Assembly: GCF_018350175.1 (NCBI RefSeq)
Contig: NC_058382.1
Coordinates: 53,136,001 to 53,200,000 of the forward strand
Direction of reading: 5' to 3'
DNA from: Felis catus
Lineage: Eukaryota
DNA: 64,000 bases
Below the pieces are notes generated by a model that saw nothing but the letters and a program-made list of their open reading frames with translations, did not search any database and was not told the origin of the DNA. Made by a program: the position numbers and the translations under genes. Of this stretch, positions 24,293-36,180 are shown piece after piece (positions within the stretch are counted from its first letter, which is position 1; each line of letters opens with the position of its first letter).

Positions 24293-24838
24293 TTGTAAAG
24301 ATTGTTCGAGAAAGCCTTGGCCATCCAGATCTACCTGGTCTGGGGGTGAGGGCAGATCTGAAGAGGGGAGGGCTGGGCTGCACAGCTCTGCCATTTGGGC
24401 TGGAAGCCACGTGTTCAGTCTCCACGTCCAGGGATCCTTCCGTGACCCCGCAGGGGCCCCTTGTCTCTAACCCTATTTCATTCAGAGTCAAGGACAGCAG
24501 TGGGCTGGCACTGGGCCAAAGAAACAAAGCCACGCAGATGGAAGGAATTTCAAGGAACGTTCCAGCGGTGCTCAGCCCCAGGGGCACTTAAAAGGCCCAG
24601 AAATGTTGGCTTTGTGGGCCGCCAAAGCCAGGTTGGCACTGAGCGTGACTGGAAAGTTTAGAGGACACATCCTCAACCCCCTGTGGCGAGCCCTGGGCGT
24701 CCACACGTGTCCCTACCACCATTCACTCACTAGGAGACAAGGTCCCTGAGGGTGGCTGGAACCACCCAGCGTCTAGGGTAACGGCCAGTGCGTGCTAACG
24801 GCTCAGACGAGCTGGGTGGATGACAGAACAGAACTCAA

Positions 24839-25064
24839 GGGGCGCCTGGGCGGCTCAGTCGGTTAAGCGTCCGACTTCGACTCAGGTCACGATCTCGCGG
24901 TCCGTGAGTTCGAGCCCCGCGTCGGGCTCTGGGCTGACGGCTCGGAGCCTGGAGCCTGCTTCTGATTCTGTGTCTCCCTCTCACTCTGCCCCCTCCCCCA
25001 TCCGTGCTCTGTCTCTGTCTCAAAAATAAATAAACGTTCAAAAAAAAAATTAAAATAAAAAAAA
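24839..25064 (+). mobile_element. CAN-SINE, young and CpG-rich
   Basis: Perfect 14-bp TSD agaacagaactcaa at 24825-24838 and 25065-25078. Confidence 0.97.
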
Positions 25065-25204
25065 AGAACAGAACTCAAAGCAGCGTCCTGCAAATGGTGA
25101 TGCCGTAATTAACGTGTTATTCGCCCTGCTCCTGCACTGCGCCTCCGAGACGTAGACATGCAACCGTAAGAGAGAAGACAACGAACTCGCCACGGAGGCA
25201 GAAG

Positions 25205-26130
25205 AGATCATGTCACGACGGTGCTAAGTGCTATGGACGAAACAACACTGTGAAGTGTGAGACAGGGGGACGCCTTTAGGTAGAACAGTCTGGGAAGGAA
25301 TTTATGAAGCGGTGACCCTGGAGCTGAGACGTTGAAGGCTGGAGGGAAGGTGCTTGGGCAGAGCAAGGGTGACAGTGTGGAGGTACGGGCAGGGCAGAGG
25401 GTGGAGGCCGGGGCGATGGGCGTCGGGGAGTATGCTCTGGGAGGAGGTGGAAGAGGCAGCCTGAGCCTAAGCTTGTAGGCACCAGGAGGCCAGGGCCAAG
25501 GGTTGGATTTTATTCTAAGGGAAAAGAAAGGGTTGTCAAGAGATGGGAGGACGTGGCCCAAACTGCCCCTTATGAGACCACATGGCTGAGGAGAGAGGGT
25601 TTGGCGAGATGGAGAACAGATACACCGGGTTGAATAGCATCTTCTCGAGATTCATGTCCAATGGAGCCTCAGAATGTGACCTCATTTGGAAAGAAGATCT
25701 CTGATGTAGTAATCGGTTAAGTGAGACCATACTGGATCAGGGTGGGCCCTCATCCAAAGGCTGGTGTCATTATAAAAAGGCCATTTGGAGACCCAGAGAG
25801 ACACACGGGGAGAGACAGAACAAATGCCATGCGACCCGGAGGCAGAGGCCGTGGTGATGCTTCTGCGTGGACACCATGTGACATCCAAGACTGCCAGCCA
25901 TCACCACCGGCTCGGAGAGTCCTTCAAGAGCCTCCAAAAGGCAACTAACCTTGCCGATACCTTGATTTCGGGCTTCTGGTCTCCACGACTGTGAGGGAAT
26001 ACATGTGCATTGGTTTAAGCCCCTAAGTATGGGGTCATTTGTGACAGCAGCAAGAGGAAACTCATCCAGGAGGGGACATGTGGTTTGGGAATGGTCAGCA
26101 AGAATAGGAACCAGAGAGACAGATGAGAAA
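25205..26130 (-). mobile_element. L2 fragment interrupted by an MLT1 LTR
   Basis: ggtgctaagtgctatgga...ggagctgagacgttgaagg...ggattttattctaagg; L2-like text resumes after 26068. Confidence 0.6.
25621..26068 (+). mobile_element. MaLR solo LTR, MLT1C-like
   Basis: gggttgaatag...cctcagaatgtgacctcatttggaaa...catactggatcagggtgggccct...ccttgatttcgggcttctgg...tttgtgacagcagcaagaggaaactcatcca. Confidence 0.88.
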
Positions 26131-26914
26131 GGGGGAGGCAGACGGAGAGAAGGGAGGGAGAAAGGAACGAGAGCCGGCAGTAAATGTCCCCTGGTTAGTT
26201 GCAGACTGAACAACTGTCACAGCCCAGCCTCCTAAGGGGAGGCTTTCCCTCAATGTCTTCGAGTCTTGGAGATACAGGCATGTCCCTACCCGTTACCAGT
26301 TAAAAGAGGAAATCACCCAAATCTCTTGTGCGTGGAGGACCATAGGTGGCACTCTGAGAACTCGGGCAACTCCAGAGAGGGAGCATGTCCTGTGGGACAG
26401 GACCCGCAGGACACAGGTCGGAGCTGGGGGTACCCTTCTGGGTCCACTGGGCCCACCTCGGGTCTAGGGGGCCCATGCCCTGTGAGCTGCTACGGCGGTT
26501 AAAGAAAACATACAGTTTTGAGTGGATTCAGTTAGGGGTTGAAAACTCCAGGGGAAAAGGGGGACGCTCGCAACAAAAAGAGTTACACTTTTCTGCTAAG
26601 AACTAGAAACCACAAGACAGGAAAAAATTAAAAAATAAAAAAAACTTGACTCAATTTTTATTCGTCCCCAAGGTACAATGCACTCTCCTGGAAAACGCCT
26701 GTTTGACCCACTATCAATATCTCACTAGAAAGATGCTTTGGTGCCATGGTTAAATAGAAGGGTTCTAGAATGTTCTGGTTCAACCCCCAGCTGGATGGGT
26801 GTCACCTGATCTCTGAGGCTCAGGTTTCTCTTCTTTAGAATGGGTCAAAAGTAATAGTTGCTTCTCAGGGAGTTTAGAAAGGGGATTTCAGTGAGAGCCT
26901 GTGGCAGAGAGAAA

Positions 26915-27005
26915 GTGATTTAATTGGTTTGGGGTGTGACCAGGCATCAGGTTCTTAGAGCTCCCAGGGTGTTTCTAACACGCAGCCAAATTTGGGAACC
27001 ACTGG
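26915..27005. mobile_element. MER5-family fragment within a MIR
   Basis: tgatttaattggtttggggtg...ctcccagggtgtttctaacacgcagccaaatttgggaaccactg. Confidence 0.65.
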
Positions 27006-27192
27006 CTGACAGCACTTAATGCACACAGTAGGCACCCTACAATCACCAGCTCTGATAGGCAGGCATGGTCCCAAGTCTACTCCACTGTGATGAAGGATGT
27101 GGGCACTCAGGGGCCAGCCAGCCCTGCCCAAATATTTGCCACCCAGGGGCCCTGTGCTTGCCTAAGTCGCTGACCCTCTCCCAGGTCATTTT

Positions 27193-27370
27193 ATTTCTCT
27201 CTCTTTTTTTTTTTTTAAGTTTATTTATTTTGAGAGAGGCAGAGACAGAGAGAGAATCCCAAGCAAGCTCCGAGCTGTCAGCTCAGAGCCCCACGTGGGG
27301 TTCGAACTCCCAAACCGTGAGCCACAACCAGCAGCTGCATGCCTAACTGACTGAGCCACCCCGGCACCCC
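27193..27370 (-). mobile_element. CAN-SINE, internally degenerate
   Basis: Poly-T, gagagaatcccaagc, actgagccaccccggcacccc; TSD-like aggtca(t/g)ttt on both sides. Confidence 0.9.
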
Positions 27371-27419
27371 AAGGTCAGTTTACTTCTTTGCAAAATGGGA
27401 ACTAAAATACTTATCTCAT

Positions 27420-27513
27420 GGGGTGCCCGGGCGGGCTCCCTGGGCAGAGCGTGTGACTCTTGACGTCAGGGTCGTGAGTTCAGGCCCCACTTTGGGCGTG
27501 GAGCCCACTTCAT
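27420..27513 (+). mobile_element. Short tRNA-Lys(CTT)-derived SINE (SINEC_old-like) or tRNA retropseudogene
   Basis: gcccgg...agagcgtgtgactcttgacgtcagggtcgtgagttcaggccccactttgggcg is collinear with tRNA-Lys(CTT); TSD taaaat(a/g)cttatctca at 27403-27418 and 27514-27529. Confidence 0.85.
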
Positions 27514-27539
27514 TAAAATGCTTATCTCACACAGGTAAA

Positions 27540-27905
27540 TTGCCAGGATTAAGTGAGCAAATCGAGTTAATAATTGCTTTGGGGGGAAATGTTTTGCAAT
27601 CCGTCTCTTCCACGTGCACCCAGCCTTTACCACAGTTTTCCTGCCCTGAGAAAGGGAAACACAGGGTCCCGTCAATGTAAAGGAGAGTTAGAAGCAGATT
27701 AATGCCGCTTTGTTCTTTAAATAGTGCAGAGCACATGTCTTACTCTCTGTTTATCTGCCTGTCAAAATCAATGGTGTAAATAATGGGGCTGCGTGATATC
27801 TGAATATTTCTACTGCTCATATTTTTCATTCTAATTAAAGCCAGAATGTTCCTTTTTAGACATCAGTATGAATAATAAAAACCCAGCTGCCTGAATACAA
27901 TATTG
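27540..27905. promoter_or_regulatory. Candidate enhancer / conserved non-coding element
   Basis: Repeat-free AT-rich island with CTGTCA, AAATCAAT, GTAAATA, CTTTGTT and CTAATTAA; inferred from composition only. Confidence 0.45.
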
Positions 27906-28297
27906 TCGTTTTTGTTTAAAAAAAAAAAAAAAAAAGTAGAGGAAAAGCCTGTGTGATCATGGGAGAGTGGCTCTGAGCTACTGGCTCGCGTTGCAGGGAC
28001 GACAGGCCGAGCCTTGGAATTCCTGAGCCCCAGGACCTGCTGTTTCCCTTCCGTTCCAGGCCCCAGGATTATCAAGCTATCCTGGGTGTGGTTATGGGCT
28101 CTGATAAGAGATACTCCCATTCCTAAGGCCAGGCCTGGATCCCATCTCCCAGCCTCCACCAGGTGGAGGAAAGTCCTTCTTCAGGGCCCAAGAGATGAGC
28201 ATAACCCGAGGAACCCTCAGGGTACGTCTACCCAGGAGCTGGGGACGCTCCAGTTCACCCAACAGAAGTACAGGCCTCCAGGTTCTGGCCCAGAAGG

Positions 28298-28822
28298 TGC
28301 GTGTTCCCTGTGGTTGTAACAAATGACCACAAACTTAAGGCCGAGAACAACACAAATTTATTCTGGGTTCTAGAGGTCAGAAGTGTGAACCGTGTCTCTC
28401 CGGGCTTAAAATTAAGGTGTGGACAGAGCTGCATTCCTTCTAGAAGCTCAAGGGAAGAATCTGTTTCCTAGCCTTTTCCAGCTCCTAGAAGCCACCTGCA
28501 TTCCTTAGCCTGTGGCCCCTCCTCCATCTTCAAAGCACTTGACTCTGACCTCCCCCTCTTGTCTCATCTCCTTCTCAGACACTGACCCTCTTCCCTCCTT
28601 CTTACAGGGCCCCTCGTGTTGGACCCACCCAGACAATGCAAGACAATCTCCCCATCCCAAGGTCGAGTGACTGGTAACTTTCATTCCATCTACAACCTTA
28701 ATTTCCTTACATAACATATCTATAACATATCATCTCCCCAGTCATATTCGCACAATCCCCAGGGACTGGCACGGGGACATCTTTGGGAGCGAAGGGACAT
28801 TTTTGACATTTTTCTGCCTATA
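28298..28822 (-). mobile_element. MaLR solo LTR, MLT1D-like
   Basis: gtaacaaatgaccacaaactt...gttctagaggtcagaagt...gggaagaatctgtttcctagccttttccagctcctagaagccacctgcattcctt...ggacatctttggga. Confidence 0.85.
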
Positions 28823-28957
28823 GCTGAGGATGAGTGGAAAGATGGAGGGAAATGATGTTCTCACCCAGGGCTCCTCAAGTGGCCACGTCAGAACTCCCTG
28901 GCACCCTAGACGTATATAGGAGGGGTCTATCAGCACCATGAGCTTGTGGCTGAATTC

Positions 28958-28979
28958 TGTGTGTGTGTGCACACATGTA

Positions 28980-29022
<43 letters not shown>
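28958..29022. repeat. (TG)n microsatellite, interrupted
   Basis: Directly visible. Confidence 0.95.
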
Positions 29023-29026
<4 letters not shown>

Positions 29027-29499
29027 CTTAGGGCATGAGTGTGTTACACACCCTGGTGGCACAAGGCCTTCTGGGGTCCCTACTTGGACTTCACCCTCCC
29101 TCCACCTACACTGACCATAAGTCTCCAACCACTCCAGTCGGCCTCGCTCAGGTGCAACCCCTGCCTGGGATCCTCTTCCCTATTTCCTGCCCCACCCCCA
29201 CTCCGCAACTCTCAAGACTTCGTTCGGATGCCCTCCCCACAGACAGCCGGGCCGGAGAGCCCCCTCCCTTTAGGCAGGCTTAGTTCAAGGAATACACGTC
29301 CCCTCAGAGCTCCTTCCCCGTCAGAGAACACACGCTGCCTGCTGAGTTGTCTGTCTCCAGTGCTGGACTCCGGGCTCCTGATGGGCAGGGGGAGAGAGAG
29401 AGAGACTCTCGTCCGTTCATTCTTTGGCGCCTAGCATCACGACGGGAAGAGGGGCTCATAGGTGCATGACCACCGACCCCATCAACCTTATCCTACATC

Positions 29500-29760
29500 G
29501 GCAGGTCGTACTCTGTGGGCTTTGGGATTGACAGAGCTGTCCTCGAATTCTGACTCTGTCCTCAGACAACCGTCCCACCTTGACCAAGTTATTAATCTTG
29601 CTGAAGCCTCCCGTCCCGTAGCTATTAAATGGGGGGAAAGATAGCATCATGGGCTGTCGTAAGGATGAAATGAAATAAGCCCCGCGAAGCGCTCATGGCA
29701 AGGCCAAGCTATACAGCAAGGGCTCGGTCATTGCTTGGTCATCCTAGTCGTCATGATCAC
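29500..29760 (+). mobile_element. MIR
   Basis: ccttgaccaagttattaatcttgctgaagcctc...gggctgtcgtaaggatgaaatgaaataa. Confidence 0.65.
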
Positions 29761-30444
29761 TGCCAATGCTCTCATCACCATCGTCATCATCACAGACTAC
29801 GGAGGGAGGAAGCAGGCGCACCCTCTCCTGATTAGCTCTGCAGGGTTGACTGGAAACATAGTCCCCAAACCACGTTTTCCAAGTAGAGCCCATGTCTCTA
29901 TAATTTAGGTGAACACACCGAGAACCTGAACAGTATTAGCTTAGCACAGAGCCAAGAACACTGGCACCAACTCCCTGGGGTCATTTTCCATTTTCCAACC
30001 AGTTTAATAAAATCATGGGCTTGTCTGTGCATATGGCCCAGTCAGGGTCCCTCTGAGGGATAAGAGGAGCCGGTGCTAAGACTCCCAGAGCCCTAGGAAA
30101 CCCACCCTTCCACGCCCCCTCTCCCCACCCCCAGATGAAGGCATCAGAGTCATGGTCTGAAGCTTCAGAGTCATACTTCTGCCCGTTTCTACCCGGAAGG
30201 CACGTAGCACGGGCAAACATTCATCTCTGCCATGGCACCTGTATTCTGACACAATTATCAACAGTCCCCATTTTCTTCTCTGAAGAGCCCTGGTTTGGGT
30301 TGTAAGTTACATGCTGAAGCTCACCTGAGTCAGTTACCTGCCAAATGCAGATTAGACCCTGGCGAGGACATCGTATTCATAACCTCAGCGTCAACGATCG
30401 CAGAATCATGAATAATAATCACAGTACCTGACACAGGTTCAGAG

Positions 30445-30650
30445 CAGTGGCCCTCATCTGGGGCTATTTTGCCCCCAGACGGTCGACAATGTCTGAGGCA
30501 TTTCTGCGTGTCGTCAGTTGGGGTGGGTGCTGGTTATTGACCTCTACTGGGCAGAGGCCCAGGACGCCGCTAAGAACCCTACAAGGTGCGGGCCAGCCCC
30601 CCAGCAAGGAAAGACGCACCCCGAGCAGTGCCACAGGTGAGGGACCCCAG
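30445..30650 (+). mobile_element. MER20 DNA transposon
   Basis: cagtggccctcatctggggctattttgcccccag...acaatgtctgaggcatttct...gggcagaggcccaggacgccgctaag...cagtgccacaggtgaggga. Confidence 0.82.
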
Positions 30651-31689
30651 GCCGGGGGGCTTCCTCTGTGGTTTAGGGGGGTGTCTGAGACCAACGGGGG
30701 AGGTCTGAATTCTGACCGACTTTTGCCGGCTGGGTCACCTCGAAGAACAAGTTTAAGCTCTCTTAGGATAACTTCGTCTTCATCCAATGGAGTGATGCGT
30801 GTCCCAACCTCTTTGGGCCCTTTGGAGACTTTAGCGACATGACCGTGCTGTCCCGGCCCACTATGCTGGCCCAAGGGTAAGCGCTGAGCACCTCAGCAGG
30901 TAGGTCTCTCTCCCACGTATCTTTCCAGTTGATCGTGTTCCCAGAACTTGGAAATGGACAGACGCAGCCTCCCCACGGGTTTCCCCTCGGGTGGGTGAGA
31001 GGCGACCTGTGCCAAAGCATCTGCTGATTTGGATCTTACTCCTCGGGAGCACGCTGCAAAGTGAACGGGGCCGGCATTCCTGCCCCCCCCCCACCCACCG
31101 CAACGTGAGCTGATGGGGATCCTACAGCCGGAAGTAGGAGCCAGGAGCCCCTGCGCCCAAGCACTATCTTGTCCTTTGTGGAACCCCAGCAGTCGACTTT
31201 CAACCCTTTGTTATTGGGAACGAGTGTTGAGAAATGCGCAGGGGTATCCCCAGGGGGAAGGAGGAGCTGCCACGTCCGAGCCCAAGCGTGTCCAAAGTCT
31301 GGGCTGCTGACCCCCGCACCCCACCCCCGCCTCAGGGAGAGGCCTGATAAACACCGTGAGCCTCTGCACACACGGGCGTCCAGCCCTGGTGCCTCGGACT
31401 CTGAGCCTGCCGATAAGAGAGCTTGGCCCTGCCTTCAAGGAAAGCTGCAGATTTCACCAGGAAGTGGAGAGGTCAGCTCCGAAGGGGCCTTGGACCCTGC
31501 CCTCTGCAATCTCCTGAAACCCTGCCTTGCTCCGGAGGAGACACAGCGTGGCGCCGGGTCCTCGGCTCTGGGTCCATTGTCCCGTCTTCCCCGGGGGGCT
31601 TCTCCGAGCACAGTGCATTTCGTTGTTGCCTTCTTAGCTCCCCAAACCGCTGGTGGTGTTGAGCAGTTTCCACTAGATTCCGCTTTAGT

Positions 31690-31900
31690 ATTTTATTGAG
31701 CACTTACTGTATCGGGCACTGTTTGCCACTGTCTCACTGAATTCTCCCCAAAACCTTGGAAAGAACATTCTGCACCTCTCGTCATTCAGCCCCAAATGAA
31801 GGGAAATGCAGCTCAGAGGTGTTAAGTGACCCAGAGTCACAGAGCTCCTAAAGATTAAAACTGGCATTTAAATCCAGATTTAAATCCAGGGACAAAGCGC
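31690..31900 (-). mobile_element. MIR
   Basis: ttattgagcacttactgtatcgggcactgt...gctcagaggtgttaagtgacccagagtcacagagct. Confidence 0.75.
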
Positions 31901-32414
31901 TTCTCATGTATTTTACTTGGGGAGAGCTCCTCCCTTTGAATTGTCAATCTTTCTTCACAATAAGCCGGTCCAAGTGAAGTCTTTAAATCAGTTTGGTGGA
32001 ATTGTATGGATGAGTGGGGGGGAGGGCAGGGGTGAGGATGCCAAGATACTACTCTGACATCCTGGCATATACCCTCGCAGAAGAAAGAATAACAGAGTTC
32101 AGCCCAGGCATTTCTGGGGCTCACAGCACGCGGGACGCGGAAACAAAAACAATCAGAACAGAAGAGAAACAAGCAAATCAGTGGCTGTGAGGTGAGCAAG
32201 AGGAGACAGAATCTAGGACAAAAGATGCTGGGGCCACCGCTGGGCAGTTGAGGTAAGCGCCCCCACGCAGGAACAGGCTTATCTGGTGCCGCTGGTGGTG
32301 ACCCTCGCGGGAAGGTTACCTGCCACCCCTCAGCGACTTCTCCAGGCCAGCCAAGTGCTGTTCCAGGCATTCCTGCGTGGCGCTCACCCCTGAGTTCACC
32401 GAACCTCCACAGAA

Positions 32415-32680
32415 GCCTCACAGACTGGTGGTATCGTTTTCCCCATTGTACAGATGAGGCAACTGAGGCCAGGAGAGGTTAAACGGCATGCCCGAAGTCA
32501 CAGAGCTACTAAGGGGTTAGGGGCAGGGGCTGTGGCGTCAGAAAAACTGGGTCTGGACTCAGACTCTGTCCTTTACTCGTTGTCTCAGACTCGGAGCTTC
32601 AGTTTACTTGTCTATAAAATGGGGACGGGGGAGTCCTCCCTTCTTAGGACCTTATGGGCAAAGTAAGGATTACCTGAATA
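32415..32680. mobile_element. Two MIR fragments in opposite orientation
   Basis: ccccattgtacagatgaggcaactgaggcc (minus) then cttcagtttacttgtctataaaatgggga (plus). Confidence 0.7.
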
Positions 32681-34384
32681 GCTAGAAGACAGAAACAACT
32701 GGAAAAAGAGGCTGTTACCCAGGGTTTAAATCCAGGAGTGTGGATGCGAGTGCACATGAAAGAGAGCGGACAGGGGCAGCCGCCAGATGGCCTGGGAAAG
32801 CAAGAGAAGGACAGACCCTCTCTTGATCTCTGCCTCAGACGGTGTAGGCTGACTCTTAATCCTTTCGAAGCTATGCAGGTCTTTCCAGGTGGGCCTCTCG
32901 CTCCGACAGGCCAAGCTGGCTCCGGGGAGCATCCCGTGGGAGCCCTGGCTCGTGGCTGGCTTGTGAGCTCTTGGCCTACCAGGCACGACTGGGGGAGAGG
33001 CCGAGCGCGGGGTGGGGCCTGGCCAGGCTCCAGCAGTAAGGCTGGCGCCCGGGCTGAGGCCGCAGACAGGCCAAGGTCGGCCAGCAGGGCCTGAGGGGAA
33101 AGGTTGGAGGTGCCGGGGGTGCGGTCAGATAAAGGCCGCCGAGGCCCAGCTGCTCGGGAGGGCAGATTCCTACACCGAGAGGAGCAAGGTCTCCTTGGCA
33201 ATGGGGCAACATGGCGGCACTTCCTCTTGCGCCCCCAGAGGGCCCACTGGAGAGACCGTGCCAATGAGGCCACGGGAGGAGCTCTGAGGCGTCTTAACCC
33301 ACATCCTCCGATGAGCCCAGAGACCAGGAGTGGCTCTGAGTCGGGCCTGCCTGCAGGCCTGGAACCTTCTGCTAAGTTTCCACTCCTAGCGATCCGGGCA
33401 GACCTGGCTGAAATCCTGGCTCCAGCAGGTCCCAGTCTTTGAGGCGGCAGGTGAGTTCACCCGCCCTCGAGTCTCCTCATCTGTTAAGATGTGGCGAAGC
33501 GTAGCAAATGCCTCCGGACTTTGCTGCCCAAAGCGGGGCTAACGGCCAGCACATTCAAACACGCTGGTTCGATACGCAGCGTTTGCTAACATGACTGTGC
33601 TCCCACTGAAAGCAGGGCTCAGTCTCATTCAGCTCCTAATCGTCCGTAACCAAGAGAGGGGAGCGCAGTGGCAGTGGCTCAGCGTCTGCTAAGCGGATGA
33701 GTGGGTGGCCACAACCAGCTGTCACAAGGGGGCTGAGAAGACAGGAAGCCCTGAGTCCCTGATGACATGCCGTTTAAAGGGCTCAGCATCAGGACCGCCC
33801 CGCTGTCCAGAGAGAAGGGATGGTCCTGCCTGAGCCAGACTATCTCCTGGCCACGGCCAGGAGCATCCTTCCTGTTTTGTCCCCTGCCAGCACTGCCTCC
33901 CCGCATGCCTCCCGAGGATTCCAGCTTCTCGGGGAGCCTCGCCTGACCCACTGAGCCGGACTGAGTGCCCACTGGCCTCTGGAGCCTCTCAAGAGTCGTG
34001 CCCCGTTGAGATGGTTTACTTCGTCCCCGACGTGAACCGTCAACAATCTTGGGGGCACCGCAGAGAATAGGTCCTAACGTAGACTAGCGCTTGGTAAATA
34101 TTTCTGAACAAAATAATGCACGAGAGGGTGAGCTGAAGACCAACGTCAGAGACATTGGGATGACTTTCCAGAATGTCCCTCTTTGGGGTGAGGACAGCGT
34201 TTGATTCCATGGCGCTTCTCCTCTGGAAAATTCAAACGCTTTGGACAGAGTGGATGTAGGAGGATCATGAACACAAACTCACCTCCGTCCGCCCAGTGTG
34301 GACCACTTATCCCCACATACTTCTGGAAACACTTGAGATTACTTTGAAGCACTTTCCACCAGGGCCAGCTATCCCATTATTTGT

Positions 34385-34587
34385 TTTTTTTTTTTAATTA
34401 AAAAAATTGTTTTTAATTATTTTTGAGAGAGACAGACTGAGCAGAGGAGAGGTAGAGAGAGACTCTCCAGCATGCTCCGTACTGCCAGCACAGAGCCCGA
34501 GGTGGGGCTTGAACTCACGCAACTATGAGATCGTGACCTGAGCCGAAATCAAGAGTCGCGCACCCAGCGGAGCCACCCAGGCACCCC
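34385..34587 (-). mobile_element. CAN-SINE
   Basis: Poly-T, cagcacagagcccga, gagatcgtgacctgagccgaaatcaagagtc, gagccacccaggcacccc. Confidence 0.93.
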
Positions 34588-34902
34588 TCTGCATTGTTTG
34601 TTCACCCCGCTGAAGAAGATGTCTCATTTGCGAGGACTCTTGTCACGCATTCCGCCATCAGGATTTTGTTGCTGTTGTTGTTTTAAGAACTTTTCCCGTT
34701 AAGGGCTCGTGGAAGTGCCAGGCGCCCTCCACCAACACTCTCCTTACAGCGGTCCGAAGTGCAGGAAACGTACCCATCCTTTGAGCTAGCGTGAATCATA
34801 ACTAACGCTAAGGGGGCTCTTGTATTATCTCATTTAACCACGGCAACGCTGGGAAGCAGGAGGTGCTGGCCTCATTCTGGAAAGGAGGAACTTGGGACGT
34901 CA

Positions 34903-35331
34903 GGGGACTGATGCTGTCCCTCTCATTTCCTCCCAGGCCCTCCCATTTCAGGGCCCACCATCCACCCTCCCAAGCACCAGCAGCATTTTCTCTGCCTGAG
35001 GCTTGCCCATCCTGGGAGCCCACTCCGTCCACAGACACGCCGGCAGAAGCCACGGGAGCAGCCCTCGGTCAAGACTCACGGAGTGGGTGTGTAAATGGCC
35101 CCGCTCGCTTGCCCCTCAGCTGGCAAGACCCCAAGGCGTATGTCCAACGCTGCCTCCCAGAGGTCCCCAGCGGGATTACCTCTAGCTGTCCATGGTGGTA
35201 ACCTTCCTGATGCCCTACCATTCACGGAATCTTCCCTTGCCTGTCACTTACTGAAATCACCTCCCGAATCAATGACTTGCCTTCAAATCCTTGTCTCGAG
35301 GTCTGTTTCTGGCAGAAGCCAAACAAAGACA
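34903..35331 (+). mobile_element. ERVL solo LTR, LTR16-family (LTR16C-like), inserted in a MIR
   Basis: gggagcagccctc...cccagaggtccccagcgggatt...atcacctcccgaatcaatgacttgccttcaaatccttgtctcgaggtctgtttctgg...aaacaaagaca; MIR halves on both flanks. Confidence 0.8.
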
Positions 35332-36120
35332 GAGTAGTCAGGCGACTTGCCCAAGACACACAGGAGTAAGGCTGACACAGATTTGTCTCTAGTTTCCCAT
35401 GACCCCAAAGCCCGCGTTCGTAACCACAAGATGGATGTGTTACCTTACGGTCTGCAGACCTCTTTATGCACACATAACCGAGAAGGGCAGAAGGCAGTTC
35501 ATGCCGTCCAAAGGACAGAGGAGGACAGAGGGACATCAGGTCTGGGCACCCCAGACACAGCAGGGGCCAGGCACAGGCTCCCCCACCCCGTTGCCCAGGG
35601 CTCCGGGCAAACGGAGGCGGCCGGTTTCTAGAGCAGGCGGGAGACACGGCGGCCAGCCCATCACACCCAGCTGGGAGAGAAACACCTAACATCCGCCGGT
35701 TTGCTCAGCCCATTTCCAGCACGTACTAATATGCGAGGTTGGCACCAGGGAGGGTGTCGTCTGGCAACACCATCCTTCATATGGAACATTAAGCTGAGGT
35801 CCTGCACAGGCTTGAACATTAACCATCCCCTGGTACCCATGAAAAAGAGCTACGGGTTTTATTAACCTCTGTGTCCTGAGCGCACTGCACAAGGAGTGCC
35901 ATCATTAACCCACCTCCAGACGGGGGACAGGGACCTCTTTTCCAGCCCTGTTCCAAGAGCGCAGGCCCTGCGAAATGCCTTCAATAATTTAAGGAAACTA
36001 CCAAAATGTGACCATAAAGGATATAACTTCACCTCAAGGATGGCGATCCATAAAGATTTTGTGATACTAAAAACTACGCTTTGTTCTGTTACAAGCCCTT
36101 TGGAAGTTTCCCTCTCTCCC

Positions 36121-36133
36121 TGTGTGTGCGTGC

Positions 36134-36178
<45 letters not shown>
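36121..36178. repeat. Compound (TG)n(CG)7(TG)n alternating purine-pyrimidine tract
   Basis: Directly visible. Confidence 0.95.

Positions 36179-36180
<2 letters not shown>

Noticed and set aside
27420..27513. Functional tRNA-Lys gene
   Set aside because: Mutated A-box/D-arm and T-loop, flanking TSD and SINE-type tail indicate a retroposed copy
33445..33460. Strong splice-donor-like cag/gtgagt (similar sites at about 30877, 32253 and 49435)
   Set aside because: No matching acceptor and open frame could be assembled into a credible exon; such 9-mers are common by chance. Non-coding exons cannot be excluded without RNA data
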